64,000 nt of DNA from Scenedesmus sp. PABB004. Lineage: Eukaryota. The position numbers and the translations under genes are program-made. The notes below the pieces were generated by a model. That model was not told the origin of the DNA and did not search any database. It worked only from the letters and a program-made list of their open reading frames with translations. The DNA is taken from positions 682,001-746,000 of the forward strand of contig CM026547.1 in NCBI GenBank assembly GCA_014905635.1, in the 5' to 3' direction. Each line of letters opens with the position of its first letter. Position 1 is the stretch's first letter. Positions 1 through 11,625 of this stretch are shown here, piece after piece.

Positions 1-975
1 AACCACCAGAACCTGATGGTGCTCGTGCCGCAGCAGCAGGGCGTTCACCTCGTGTCGCCCGGGCCGCTCGCGTCGTCACCCGGGCAGCTGCTGCACCAGC
101 AGCAGCCCCTGATGCTGTCCCCCGGCGGCGGCGCCAACGACGGCGGCCTTGCCCTGATGCGCGCTGCGCTGCAACAGCAGCAGCAGCAGCAGCAGCAGGC
201 GCAGGCGCAGGCGCAGCAGCGCGCCGCGGCGGCGCATGCGCCTCGCATGCTCGTGCCCGTCAGCGGGCAGCAGATGCAGCAAATGCAGGTTGTGCAGCTC
301 CAGGGCGCCAACGGCCCTGTGCAGGTCATGGTGCCCGCGCAGGGCCCCGGCGTTTCCTTTGTGGCGGGCCAGCGCCTGCCCGGCGTGCAGATGGCCGGTC
401 CCGGCCAGTCGCCGCCGAGCGGCGGCAGGGTCGGCCCCACCGCCTCGCAGCAGCTGCTGGCGATGGCGCCGGCGGCGCGCCGCGGCGTGGCCCAGCCCGC
501 CGGCGCGGCCGCGGGCGGGTTTGACTGGTCGCAGCTGGCCAGCGAGCTGGCGGGCGGCCCTGTCGGGGGCGGCCGCGCGTCGCCGTACGGCGCGGCGCCT
601 GGCGGCGCCGGCGCCGGCCTGACGGTCGCGGTCCCCGAGCCCACCATGGGCGGCGTCAGCGGGCGCGTCAACAGCGAGAGCGCGCGCATGGCCGCCGAGC
701 TGGACGAGCTGCTGCACCAGGCCAGCCAGCAGCTCGGCTGGTCGGCCATCCCGCGCGCCTCTGACAGCGGCGACGGCCCCGTGCGCTCGCCGGGCGCGCC
801 GCTGGCGTCGCCGCCGGCGTCAGGCGGGCTGCCCGGCGCGCTGGCGTCGCCCGCGTGCGCGTCCAAGCTGAAGGCCACCGCCGCCGAGTACACGCCGGGC
901 AGGGGCGCCGCCAGCAGCCACCTGCGCGGTCTGGAGGAGCTGCAGCTGCCCGACGGCTTCAGTGCTGGCGACTGA
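1..975 (+). CDS. 3' part (last exon) of a Q/G/P-rich low-complexity protein with a C-terminal PAM2-like motif
   Basis: Frame is open from the window edge to TGA at 973-975, with GC3-rich codons and polyQ tracts. SKLKATAAEYTPG (~862-900) resembles the PAM2 consensus (SxLxxxAxEFxP). The 5' end probably lies outside the window. Confidence 0.65.
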   Translation, partial: NHQNLMVLVPQQQGVHLVSPGPLASSPGQLLHQQQPLMLSPGGGANDGGLALMRAALQQQQQQQQQAQAQAQQRAAAAHAPRMLVPVSGQQMQQMQVVQLQGANGPVQVMVPAQGPGVSFVAGQRLPGVQMAGPGQSPPSGGRVGPTASQQLLAMAPAARRGVAQPAGAAAGGFDWSQLASELAGGPVGGGRASPYGAAPGGAGAGLTVAVPEPTMGGVSGRVNSESARMAAELDELLHQASQQLGWSAIPRASDSGDGPVRSPGAPLASPPASGGLPGALASPACASKLKATAAEYTPGRGAASSHLRGLEELQLPDGFSAGD

Positions 976-2550
976 CGCGCGCCGCCACGCGCGGGCGCGG
1001 ACGCTGTGACCCTGGCCCTGCAGCCGCAGGACTGCCATCGTGTGGGTAGGCCTCGCGGCGTTGTTGCTGTCGCTGTCGCGAGCACCTGGAGCTGCGCTCT
1101 GGCGCTGCGAGCCTGGGGCCGCGCCCGGACGGCCTGTGGTGCGGTGCGCGCACGCCGGGCCCGCCGCGGCGTCGCCCCGGCCGAGCGGGTCAATTGCTCG
1201 GCTGCTGGGCCTCCCAGCGGCCGGGGCGGCGATGGCGCGGTCCCTCTGCGGTGTGCCTGCTTGGCTCAGTCAGGCGCGCCCCCCGGCGGCGCCGCGGGGC
1301 GTCTCGTCCCGTGGCCCCGGGCAGCGACGTCTCCGGCATCCGCCTGGCTGCCAGTTGACGCTTGCGCGCCATGGTTGGGGTCCCTTTGCCGGCAGCGACA
1401 GGCGTGGCATGCACCCTGCACGTGGAGACCGAGGTGGGCGCCGACGGGGCTTTGCAGTCGCCGGCTCGCGGGGGCGGCGGCGGCCAGGGAGGTGGTGGCC
1501 GGATCGACGCGGCTGCTGCGCGCGTCCCCATGGTTGCTGGCCACTTGTACCAACACCGCAGTTCCCAGAAGTTTTGTCTGCACAAAAGAACACGTACACG
1601 CTAGCAGAGGCCTCGCTAAACATACCGCACTGCTGCCTGGAGCTCGCTGCCGCCGCCGCCGCGGGCCCCCCGCGGCGGCGGCGCGCGCGCGCGCCGGCCC
1701 TGCTGTCGTCGCGCGCGGCGCGCGCAGCTGCGGTCGCACCGCACTGCCACTCCTGCCACCTGGCGGTGCAGCTGCCAGCGCTCGTGTGTGCGTGGGAAGA
1801 GTGCCGCCCCCTATCGTAGGCCCTCTCCGTCGCGCCCAGCAGAGAACCTATCATAGCGCAGGGCGCTCCGGCCCTGGTTGATTGATTGACCTTGACCTTT
1901 GAGCTCCCTGCAGTCAAACAAACAAATCCCCGAAAGCGCGCGGGGCGCGCGCGACCGAACCTGGGGTTTCACGGCGGCGGCGAGCGCAATGCGGGTCGTC
2001 CCCTTGCTTGGGTGTGTGTTTGCCGCATTGGCGGGCGCTGCTGCCGCTCGGCGCGCGCACGTGCGCGGCGGCGGCGGCGCTGCTCTCTCTGCAGCTGCTC
2101 TCTGCAGCCGGCCGGCCAGGCACGGCGGCGCCCTATCCACACTAGTGGAGGGCGCCGCCGGCTGCGCGGCAGCCCAGCGGTCAAGCACTTAAGCCGACGG
2201 TCTGACTGTGGTGACGAGACGCACCGAATTCGCCGCCGCGCCGCTCCTCGCCCCCGCGCGCCGCCTCCCAGCCCGCTCCTAGCCCCCTCCCGCCTCGCCC
2301 CGCCTGAGCCGCGCGCCCTCCCCGGCCGGCCGCCCCAGCTCCCCGCCAGCTCCACGCCGCCTCCCTGCCGCGCGCCGCCGCCGCTCGCCGGCTGGCCGCT
2401 GGCCGCCTCGAGCCACTCCCCACGCCTTCACTCTCGCGCACCAGGCGCTCCCAGACCCCCATGGCGCGGTGGGCGCGCCGCTACAGTGCAGCCGGTCGCG
2501 CGCGTGGCGGCGGCCGGCCGCCGCCCGCCTGCGCCCCGTGGCGCGTGAGA

Positions 2551-4427
2551 ATGCTCCCCACTCACCGACGCGACAGGCCGCTGCTCCCGCTCGCGCTCGC
2601 CGTGCTCGCGCTTGCGCCGCTCGCCCGCGCGGCGCTCGGCAACGGCGCGTACCTGGGCTGCTTCGCGCTCCGAGCGCTGGGCCTGCGCCCCGAGGACGCG
2701 GCCGGGGTGAGACTCAGGGCTGGCGGGGCTGCCGCGCGCGCGGGCGCGGGCACGCGGCGCCGCGGTCAACCAAACGCCCGCCCGCGCGGCGCAGGTCCGC
2801 CTGAACGCGAGCACCATCGCGTCCTGCGCGCCGCGCTGCGCGGGCCGCTTCTACTCCCTGGCCGTCCTCACCGCCGGCAACCTGGTCTGCCGCTGCGGGC
2901 TCGCCGCGCCCGACGGCGCCGCGCGGCTGCCGCCGGCGGCGTGCGAGCCCGGCGGCGGCGCCGGCGCCGCGGTGTTTTACATCCACGCCGCCGCCACCAG
3001 CACGGCGTGCCGCCTCGACGAGGTGCCCTTTGCGCCGGGCGCGGCGTGGCAGATCGCGTACGCGCCTGAGAACGTCGCCTTCGACGCGGCCGGCACTCGC
3101 CTCGGCACGCTGCGCGTGCGCATGCCCGCGTCGACCGGCTCGCGGCTGACCACGGTGCGGCGCGCGCGCCGCGCCGCCGGGCCGCTGCGCCGGCGCGCGC
3201 GGGCGGCCCCAGGGGCGTGCCAAGCCGGCGGCGCCGCCGCTGCGTGCAGGGCGGCGACCAGATGTACGGCCAGGTGCAGGTCCGCGCGCGCGTGCCGCCC
3301 GCGAGCGGCGTGGTGACCGCCTTTTACGTGAGCCGGGCGGGGCGGGGCGCGGGGCCGGGCAGGGCGGGGCGAGGCCGGGCGGGGCGGGGCAGCGCGCGCA
3401 GCGCAGCCGCGGCCGCCGGCCGCCGGCCGACGTCGGTCGTCGACGCCGTGCGCGCGCGTGGCGACCCGCGGCCGCAGCTCCGCTCCAGTGACATCTACCC
3501 CAACTCGCGTGCCGGCGCGTTCAGCGAGATCGACTGGGAGTGAGCGGCGCGCGCGTGCTGCCCCCCACGAGGCAGCGCGCTGCAGGGCGCGCGCGCGCGC
3601 GCCTGCCGCGCCGCAACGCCCACGGCGCCCGGCCGTCGCGCGCAGGTGGCTCAGCGGTGCGCCGGGCGTGCCTGCGGCGATGTGGATGAACTCATATGCC
3701 GAGTGAGTTCCAAGGAGGAGGGGCCAGCAGAGCATGGGCCGCGCCGCGCGCGGCCCCACCGCCCACCCGCAGCGCCCGCGCCCACCCGCCGCGCCCGCGC
3801 GCCCCCGCGCGGCGCGCGCGGCCGCAGGGGCAAGGGACAGAGCGAGCGCATGGTGGCGCCCGCCGAGTACCAGGCGACCCTGGGCTGGCCGGCCACCAAG
3901 AACACGACGTCCGCCTGGGCCACCTACTCTCTGACCTGGGAGCCGGGGCATGTCGTCTGGGCGGTCGACGGCAGGCGCGTGCGCACCAACCGCGCGGGCG
4001 AGCTCAAGACCTGGCGCGACATGGCGGGTGCGGCGGCGGCGCGGGCGGCGGCGCGGCGACCCGCGTCGGTCGCCGCGCGTCGGCCGCCGCGCGTCGGTCG
4101 CCGCGGCGCGCGCCGGCGGCGGCGCTGCAGACCCGCGCCGACGCCCCTCCTCCCCCCCCCCCCCACCCCTCCCACACAGGGCGGCTCTATGCCATCAACT
4201 ACACCGTGCCGAATCGGCCGATGCACCCCACCATCTCGCTCTGGGCCGACGACTATGGTGCTGACGGCTACTTTGGCGGCCCCCTGGACGCCAGCCGCGC
4301 GCCGCACGTGGCGGAGTTCAAGCAGCTGCGCCGCGTGCTCTGCGACGCCGCCCTGCCGCCGGCCGGCACGCCCGCGGGCGACGCCGCGCGCGGCCCCGCG
4401 TGGCTGCGCCGCCTGTCCAGCGCGTGA
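2551..4427 (+). CDS. Secreted glycoside hydrolase family 16 protein with N-terminal WSC-like domain (multi-exon)
   Basis: Signal peptide LLPLALAVLALAPLARA; YLGCF...C...C...CRCG WSC-like pattern. Spliced GH16 motifs YGQVQVRARVPPASGVVTAFY, catalytic EIDWE (~3526-3539), YSLTWEPGHVVWAVDG and PMHPTISLW. GT-AG introns join the frames; stop at 4425-4427. Confidence 0.8.
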
Positions 4428-4876
4428 CGCCCGCGTGGCTGCGCGCGCGTTAGACGCGCCAAGGGCGAGGTCGCGGGCGCGTGTGGCGCAGGCGACGGCG
4501 TGCGGCGCGCAGCGCGCGCCGGCACGGCGCGGTCCGCGTCGTCGAGCGCTGCCGCGGCGCCGCGGGCGGCCGCCCGCCCGGCGGCCCCTGGCGCGCCGCG
4601 GGGCGCAGCGTTGTGAATGTTTGGCTGCATTGAGAGCCACGCCAGCCGCGCGCGCGGTCTCTGGGCGGTCGTGGGGCACTCCAAGACCCGCTGCCGCCGA
4701 TGTTAACCTGCGCCCCGCTTGCGCGTGCCCCCATCGCACTCCCCGCGCGTTGCCACCATCGCACTCCCCCGCCACGCGCCCGCTCGCCCACTTCCGCGCG
4801 TCCGCTCGCCGTGCGCTCGGCCCGAACGCGGCCGCCAGCGCTGCCGAGCCGCGCGCCGCCGCCGCCGCCCAGCAGG

Positions 4877-6815
4877 ATGCGGGCGGGCCTCCTCGTGCTC
4901 GCCGTGCTCGCGGTCGCGCTCGCCGGCGCGGCGCCGGCGGCCGCCGCTGCCGGTGGCGCGGCGCGGCGGCTGCTGCAGCCCTTTGTGCTGGGCCTCCCGC
5001 TCGCCACGCGCTTCACCGGCCAGACCGGCCGCGCGCGCGAGCAGCGCATCAACGAGGTCGCCAACGCCGCGCTCTTCGCCGCCGTCGACAGTGCGTCGCG
5101 CGGCGCGGCGAAGGGGCGCGCGCTGCGCCCGCGCTGAGGCCCCGCCCGCGCGCTGAGCGCCCGCGCCTGCCCGCGCGCCCGCGCCCGCGCGCGGCAGCCA
5201 ACCCCAAGGTCTACAAGGCGATCGACGCCGCGGCCCGGAGCAGCGCGCGCGGGAGCAACCTGAACCTCGGTGGCGTCATCAAGGGCACGCACCAGGCCGT
5301 GTGCGCGCCCACCGCAGCGCCGCCGGCCGCCACGCGACCCGCCGCCCGCCGCTGCGCGCGCGCCCACGCGCCCGCCGCTGCGCCGTGCGCGCCGCTGCCC
5401 CCCCGCGCGCAGCGCGCAGACCGACCGCGACCACTCCGGCACCGACACCGCGGCCGACTCGCGCTCGATCGCGCTGCCGGGCTTTGGCATCACGCTGGTC
5501 AACGCCGCGAGCGGCAGCGCGTCGACGGCGCAGAAGCGGCTCACGCCCGCCGCGCCGGTGCCCGACACGACGCCGGCGGAGCGCGGCCGCTTCGTCGGCC
5601 CGACGCACGGCCGCCCGCTCGGCTCCTGGGGTGCGCGCCGCGCGCCCCGCCGCGCGCGCCCTGCCGCGCCGCGCCTGCGCGCTGCGCGCCACGCTCGCCG
5701 CCGCGCCGCCGGCGCCGCCCCGCTGCGTGGCGCAGAGGTTCTGCTCGGCGCGACGGCCGCGGAGGGCACGGCGGGCGACTACGACTACAGCCTGATCACG
5801 GCCATCTTTGAGGACGCGACCTTCACCGCAACGAGGGCGCGCGCGCTGCGCGCGCTGCGCGCGCTGCGCGCGCTGCTTGCGCCGCTTGCGCCACGCCGCC
5901 CGCGCGCCGCCCGGCCGGCGGCTGCCCACGCCGCGCCGCCGCGGCCGCCGCCGCCGCGCAGGGCACGTACGACGGCGACCAGCAGGACTACGGCCAGCTG
6001 CGCCCCATACCAGAGAGCGCGACCGCGACGACGCGCGCGCGCACCGAGCTCGACAACGCCGCCAACAGGCGCGGCGGACGCCCACTGGCAGCGCGCCGTG
6101 CCCGCGCGTCGTTGGGGTTCAGTCCCAGACCCTTTGACCTACACAAAGCCCTGACCCGCCGCCGCCGTGGCCGCAGGGCGTCGGCCTTCACGGCCGCCAC
6201 GACCGCCGCGACCGCGCCCAACGCGATCGCGCGGCAAGACATCCGCTCGGCGGGGCTCGCCGGCAGCACCGCGGCGCGCGCCAACGACGACATCTTTGGC
6301 ACGACGCCCACCTTCATCCCGCCGAGTGAGAGCCCGGGCCACGCGCGGCCACGCGCACGCCGACCTGAGCTGAGCTGAGCGGCTGTCCGGGCGGCGCCCC
6401 CGCGCGCGCCGGCCTCACCGCCCGCGCCCGCCCTGGCCCGCCGCCGCCGCCGCCGCCGGCCAGACCCCTTCCGCAACTCTGGGTCCTCCGCCGCGGGCGT
6501 GGGGCGCGCCACGCAGTACAGGGGCAGCCTGCGGCCGAGCATCGCGCTCAACGACGCGCGCGCGGGCACCACCACCACGCGCGGCGCACTCACGGGTGGG
6601 CGCGGCCTGCGGCAGCGCGCGGGCGCCGCGCCGGCCGGCCGCCGGGGGCTCGGCGCCAAGCGCCGGCCGCGCCGCGTGTCTCGCGCGCGCGCGCAGGCGG
6701 CGTGAACGACCAGCTGACCTACGCGGCCGGCACCAAGTCGACCATGGTGCGCAGCGAGAACGTGGCGCTGAGCGGCGCAGAGAACGTCGACATCGACGTC
6801 GCGGGCCGGCGCTGA
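4877..6815 (+). CDS. Secreted protein of unknown function (multi-exon)
   Basis: MRAGLLVLAVLAVALAG signal peptide followed by RRLLQ. About 7 exons join in phase through GT/GC-AG introns; the last exon (6697-6815) reads GGVNDQLTY...VDIDVAGRR*. Confidence 0.65.
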
Positions 6816-7173
6816 GCTGGAGCCGGCCGCGCGGCGCGGCGCGGCAGCGCCGAGGCGGCGCCCGCGGGGCGGCGCTGGCGCGTGGGGCCCATGGGCAGCC
6901 AGGCGTCGTGATCAGAGCTCGCAGGCGGCGGCGCCGGCAGCCGCGCGGCGGGCAAGGGAGGGAGGGGCGGGGGGCAGGGCCTGCAGCGTGCGGCACGCGC
7001 TGCGGCATTCCGGCGGTCGTGACCAGCGTCGTTTTGTGAGTTGCACCGCGCCGCAGTCAACTGCTGCGTGCAGCGCCACCGGCCGCGGAACCAACCGCGG
7101 CCGCCCCTCCAACGAGCGCTCCGCCGCTGCCAGAGCTCGCCCGCCGCTGGCCGCCGTCGTGTGCTCGCTCGGC

Positions 7174-10100
7174 ATGCGCCCTGCGCTGAGCCGAGCACAC
7201 GCCACGTGCGGCGTCGAGAAACACGGCAGCTCCTCGTTCCGGGTGCGCCTAGACGGCGGGCAGGCCGGGCACCTCACGATCTTCGGCGCGCTCGGCGACG
7301 CCACGGAGGCCGCACACGCCGCGGACTGCGCTCGCCTGTGGGCGCTGAGAGCTGGCTGGCAGAACAGGTGAGCGGCGCCATCCGCCGGGAGCGTGGCGGT
7401 GCGCGGCGGCGCGCTGCTGCTGCCGCGAACGCTGCCGCGCCGCCCGCCGCCAGCCTGCACGCGGACCTGAACATCCCGGAGTGGCCGCCGACCGAGGCGG
7501 AGTACGCAGACGTGGAGGCGCGCGTCAAGCGCGCGTATCCAGCCATCTACGCCACCATGATGGGTGCGCACGCCGCGCTGGGCGCTGGCTCAGTGGTTCC
7601 CCGTCACGGCCAGCCAACTCATGCGCCGCCGCCGCCGGTGCCGCTGTCGACGCCGTAGCGTCCTCCTCGCGCAACAGCAGCGGCGGCGGCGGGGGGACGG
7701 GCACACGCCACTCGGCGCTGCCGGTTGAGCAGCAGGCGCAGCAGGCGAGCCTCGTCAGCGAGGCGCTGCGCCGGCGCGAGGCGCAGCAGGCGAGCCTCGC
7801 CAGCGGTGCCAAGCCAGCGACGGCGCAGCCGGCGGAGGTGGGGACGCGACGCCAGCGCCTCGTCAGGACCGACGCGCTGGCGCCAGCCGGGCTGCAGGCC
7901 GGGGCAGCCGCTGCGGCGCGGCCGCCCACAACGGCGCCGGCCGGCCCCGCGCCCCGCCGCCGCCTCGTGATCGACCGCGACGACGACGACAGCGACGATT
8001 GCAGCGGCGGCGGCGGCGGCGGCGGCGGCAGCGGCGCGGCGGGGCGCGTGCTCGGGGGCCTGCGCGCGCGCGCGACCGACCTCATGGGGGCGTCTCCGCG
8101 CGACCTCAGCTCGTCCGCAGACGCGGGGCTGCGGGACTGCACCGACGCGCGCGACGAGCCCGACGACCTGGCGGCGGCGCTCAGCGAGGCGCGAGAGTGC
8201 TACCAGGCCGGCGTGCTGCCCCACCTGCGTGTGCTCACCATCCCTCTCAGCGGCCTCATCACCAAGGGTGCGTCGCGTGCCTGCCTGCCCACCCGCGCGC
8301 GCAGCACCCTCACCAAGGCACGGGCTCCGCCCACCGCCTGCCGCCCGCAGTCGTGCTGCTCAGCGCCGCCGAGAGCCCGCTGGTCGGCGTGGGCCTGCGC
8401 ATGCTGCAGGAGTCGCACCGCTCGGCGACCGATGCGGCGCCGGCGCTGCCCGTGGGTGCCCCGCCGCGGCGCCGCATCCTGGCAGCCGATGCGGAGACTT
8501 TCACGCAGTCGCGCGGCAGCAGCTTCTTCAACCCCATCCATGTGCTGGCCGACGTCGGCCTGGTGCAGGCGCCGATCGCCGGCGAGCCAGCCGCGGCGTC
8601 CGCGCTGCAGCGGTGTGCGCTGCTGGCGCCGTCGCGCGCCGGCGCGCCGGGCGGCGCGAGCCCTGCCGCCGCGGGCGCTGCTGGCTTTGCCGCGGAGCGC
8701 TTTGCGGTCGCCGACGCGCTGGCGCCGCTGGTCGACACGACGCTGCGCGCGGCCAAGCCCTCCGGCCGCGCAGCGGCCGAGCCCGCCGCCGGCGCGGCGG
8801 CGGAGCTCGCGGGCGCGGCGGTCGCGAGCGACGCCGCCGCCGCACGGGCGGCCATCATCAAGCGCTTTGCCGGGAACGCAACGCACGCAAGCATGAACAT
8901 CGGCAGCGTCGCGAAGCTCCGCTGCGCGCCGCTCGCGCCAGGCGAGCGCGTGCGCGTGGTCGGCACCGCGGCCGACGCGGTCAAGGCGCTCATGCAGGCG
9001 GCCCAGGGCAAGCTCGTCACCACGTTCAGCTCCTCGTACTGCGACGAGCGCTGGGTGATGGAGGTGCGGGGGTCGCTGGCCGCTGTCTGGGGGGGGGGGG
9101 GGTGCGCAGGCTGCCATCCACCCCCCACCCGCGCCGCGGCAGGTTGTGATGTACCTCATCGGCGACATCGCCGAGCTGCGCGCTTGGGCAACGGTGAACA
9201 CGCAGCCAGCCCTCAGGGCGATCATGGACGCGGTGAGCCTGCTGCTGGCGGCGCTGGTGGAGCGCGACGCGGAGGTTGAGGCCCTGCTGGCGGCCGCGGC
9301 TGCGGCGGCTGGCGTGCAGGCGGAGGAGGTCAACGCGGCGCTGGAGGGCCTGCGGCGCCCGGCGGCTGCCGCGGCCGGAGCTGGCCGGCGGCAGCAAGCG
9401 CTACAGGCGCATGCAGGCCTCGCTCGCGTCGTGCCACGCGCTCGCCACGCTCACCAAGGCCAAGCAGGTGTGCTGCACCCCAGGGGCGAGCGCTGCGCCA
9501 GGTGCCGCTGACCGTCAGCGGCTGACGCCAGCCTCACGGGCCCGCCGCCCGCCCGCCGCCCCTCCCAGGGGCACACGAGCACTGGCGACAGCGCGTGGCT
9601 CGTGGAGTCGATGATCGCCGCTGGCGGCCTGCTCGACGCCACGCTGCTCGACATGAGCCCCGCGCTCACGGCGGAGTTTTTTTTCAGCGCGGCCACCGTG
9701 GAGGCGGCGCGCGGCGCGGCCATGCTGGAGTCGGTGGCGGCCAACGGCGCCGTCGTCGGTGCGGTCATGATCGCCCGCGCTCGCGGGCTCTCACACATCG
9801 CGCAGCTCTGCCCTGGCGGCCTTGCGGCGGCGGCCATGCCTGGCGCGCTGGAGCAGCTGGGCGCGGCGGCGCAGATGCAGGCAGCCGCGGCCCGCCGCCT
9901 CGGCGCGGAGTGGGCCGCCGAGCGCGCGCGCGGCGAGCAGGCCGCGTGCGAGCGGGCGTTCGCGGCGCAGCGCGCGGCGCTGAGCGACCCGATGACGCTC
10001 CTGCAGCCTGGTCGCCGGCGGCAGGCCCGGCCGCGGGCCTCGCGCGTGCAGGCGCGCCCAGCGGCCGGCAGCGGTGAGCGACGCAGCCGCCAGGCGGGGG

Positions 10101-11011
10101 CTTCGCACGGCAGCCTGGAGGGAGAGCTGCGGGCGGCAGCAGGCCGCATCCGCCAGCTGGAGCAGCGCCTGGCCACCTCGGAGCGGGACTTCCCGCCAGA
10201 GCTCAGCGGCATGCAGGCGCTGCTCGAGGCGCTGGCGGCGACCGCGGGCAGGCAAACCATGGGCATCCACGCCGCGCTGAGCAGCCTGCAGGGCCTGCTG
10301 CCCGCGCCCGGCGTCGGCGGCGGCCTGGGCGGCCTGGGCGGCGACGCGCACCTGCAGGGCCTGCTGCCCGTGCCCGGCTTCGGCGGCGGCCAGGGCGGCC
10401 TGGGCGGCGACGCGCACCTGCAGGGTCCGGTGCCGGCGCCCGGCTTTGGCGGCGGCCAGGGCGGCCTGGGCGGCGACGCGCACCTGCAGGGCCCGGTGCC
10501 GGCGCCCGGCTTTGGCGGCGGCCAGGGCGGCCTGGGCGGCGACGCGCACCTGCAGGGCCCGGTGCCGGCGCCCGGCTTTGGCGGCGGCCAGGGCGGCCTG
10601 GGCGGCGACGCGCACCTGCAGGGCCCGGTGCCGGCGCCCGGCTTTGGCGGCGGCCAGGGCGGCCTGGGCGGCGACGCGCACCTGCAGGGCCCGGTGCCGG
10701 CGCCCGGCTTTGGCGGCGGCCAGGGCGGCCTGGGCGGCGACGCGCACCTGCAGGGCCCGGTGCCGGCGCCCGGCTTTGGCGGCGGCCAGGGCGGCCTGGG
10801 CGGCGACGCGCACCTGCAGGGCCCGGTGCCGGCGCCCGGCTTCGGCGGCGGCCTGGGCGGCCTCGGCGGCGACGCGCACCTGCAGGGCCCGGTGCCGGCG
10901 CCCGGCGTCGGCGGCGACTCTTGCGGCATGGAGCTCGAGCTGCCCGACCTCCACGAGCTCCTCAGTGACTTCGCTGAGGAGGAGCTGATGGGCGGGGCAG
11001 AGTTTGGTTGA
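7174..11011 (+). CDS. Divergent AP2/ERF-like DNA-binding protein with long unknown central region and C-terminal 22-aa repeats; one apparent frameshift near 9375
   Basis: Spliced N-terminus GVEKHGSSSFRVRL...FGALGDATEAAHAADCARL...LNIPE echoes the AP2 pattern (GV..., EAAxAYDxA, LNFP). GT-AG introns at ~7368-7453, 7564-7658, 8268-8350, 9064-9142 and 9468-9568. Acidic tail, stop at 11009-11011, TGTAA at 11033. Confidence 0.55.
10285..10918 (+). repeat. Coding minisatellite, 66-bp unit, ~9.5 copies (GGLGGDAHLQGPVPAPGFGGGQ)
   Basis: CACCTGCAGGG recurs every 66 nt (10349, 10415, 10481 ... 10877); the central copies are identical. Confidence 0.95.
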
Positions 11012-11032
11012 GCTGGATCGGCGGCGTTGCGG

Positions 11033-11037
11033 TGTAA
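11033..11037 (+). promoter_or_regulatory. Putative chlorophyte polyadenylation signal TGTAA
   Basis: TGTAA 22 nt after the stop at 11011; this is the known Chlamydomonas-type poly(A) signal. Confidence 0.45.
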
Positions 11038-11448
11038 CCTTTCGTTGCAAGCCCACACCCCGCGCAGCCAACACTAGCCCACTCCGCCGCGACGCTCCGC
11101 GCGCTCAAACAGGTCAGACGAGCCTGCCAGCCGTTTGCCGCCAGAATTGCGCGGAGTGCTCGGCGGCGACACGCGGCCGCGACGCCGGGCGGCGGAGGTC
11201 CCCGCGCGCGCGTGGAGGCCGCTGCTGCTCCTTGCCGCAACAGACCAGCCAGCAGCAGTTTTCCAGCGTGCAGCCGGCGTAGATGCAGCCACAGGTCGCG
11301 AGAGCAAGTGCTGAGCTGGATTGGGGTTTTACAGGGTTTAGGGGGCAGGGTTAGGCATTGTGTCATCGAGGCCGATCGAGCCCGGCGTCGTGGATGGCGC
11401 GGCGGCCCGAGGGGCCCCTCGGGCAGCTATCTTTGTCACGGCGGCCCG

Positions 11449-11453
11449 TTACA
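11449..11453 (-). promoter_or_regulatory. Putative poly(A) signal TGTAA for RPB1
   Basis: TTACA on + (TGTAA on -) ~175 nt downstream of the RPB1 stop; a second copy lies at ~11329-11333. Confidence 0.45.
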
Positions 11454-11625
11454 GACGGCACACGCGCCACCACGGCCACTCTCTCATTGACACCAGCTGC
11501 CCGCACGCTCAATTGTGCCGGCCAGCGCGTGGTGCACGAAGCCGGCGCCGCCGCGCCGCGCCACGCAGCGTGCCGCTGCTGCTGCAGCAAGCCACCGCTG
11601 CCGCCGCCGCCGCCGCCCGCGCCCG

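Noticed and set aside
976..2550. ORFs of 100-290 aa between the first gene and GH16
   Set aside because: No recognisable motifs or coding-like codon pattern; likely 3' UTR, intergenic and promoter sequence.
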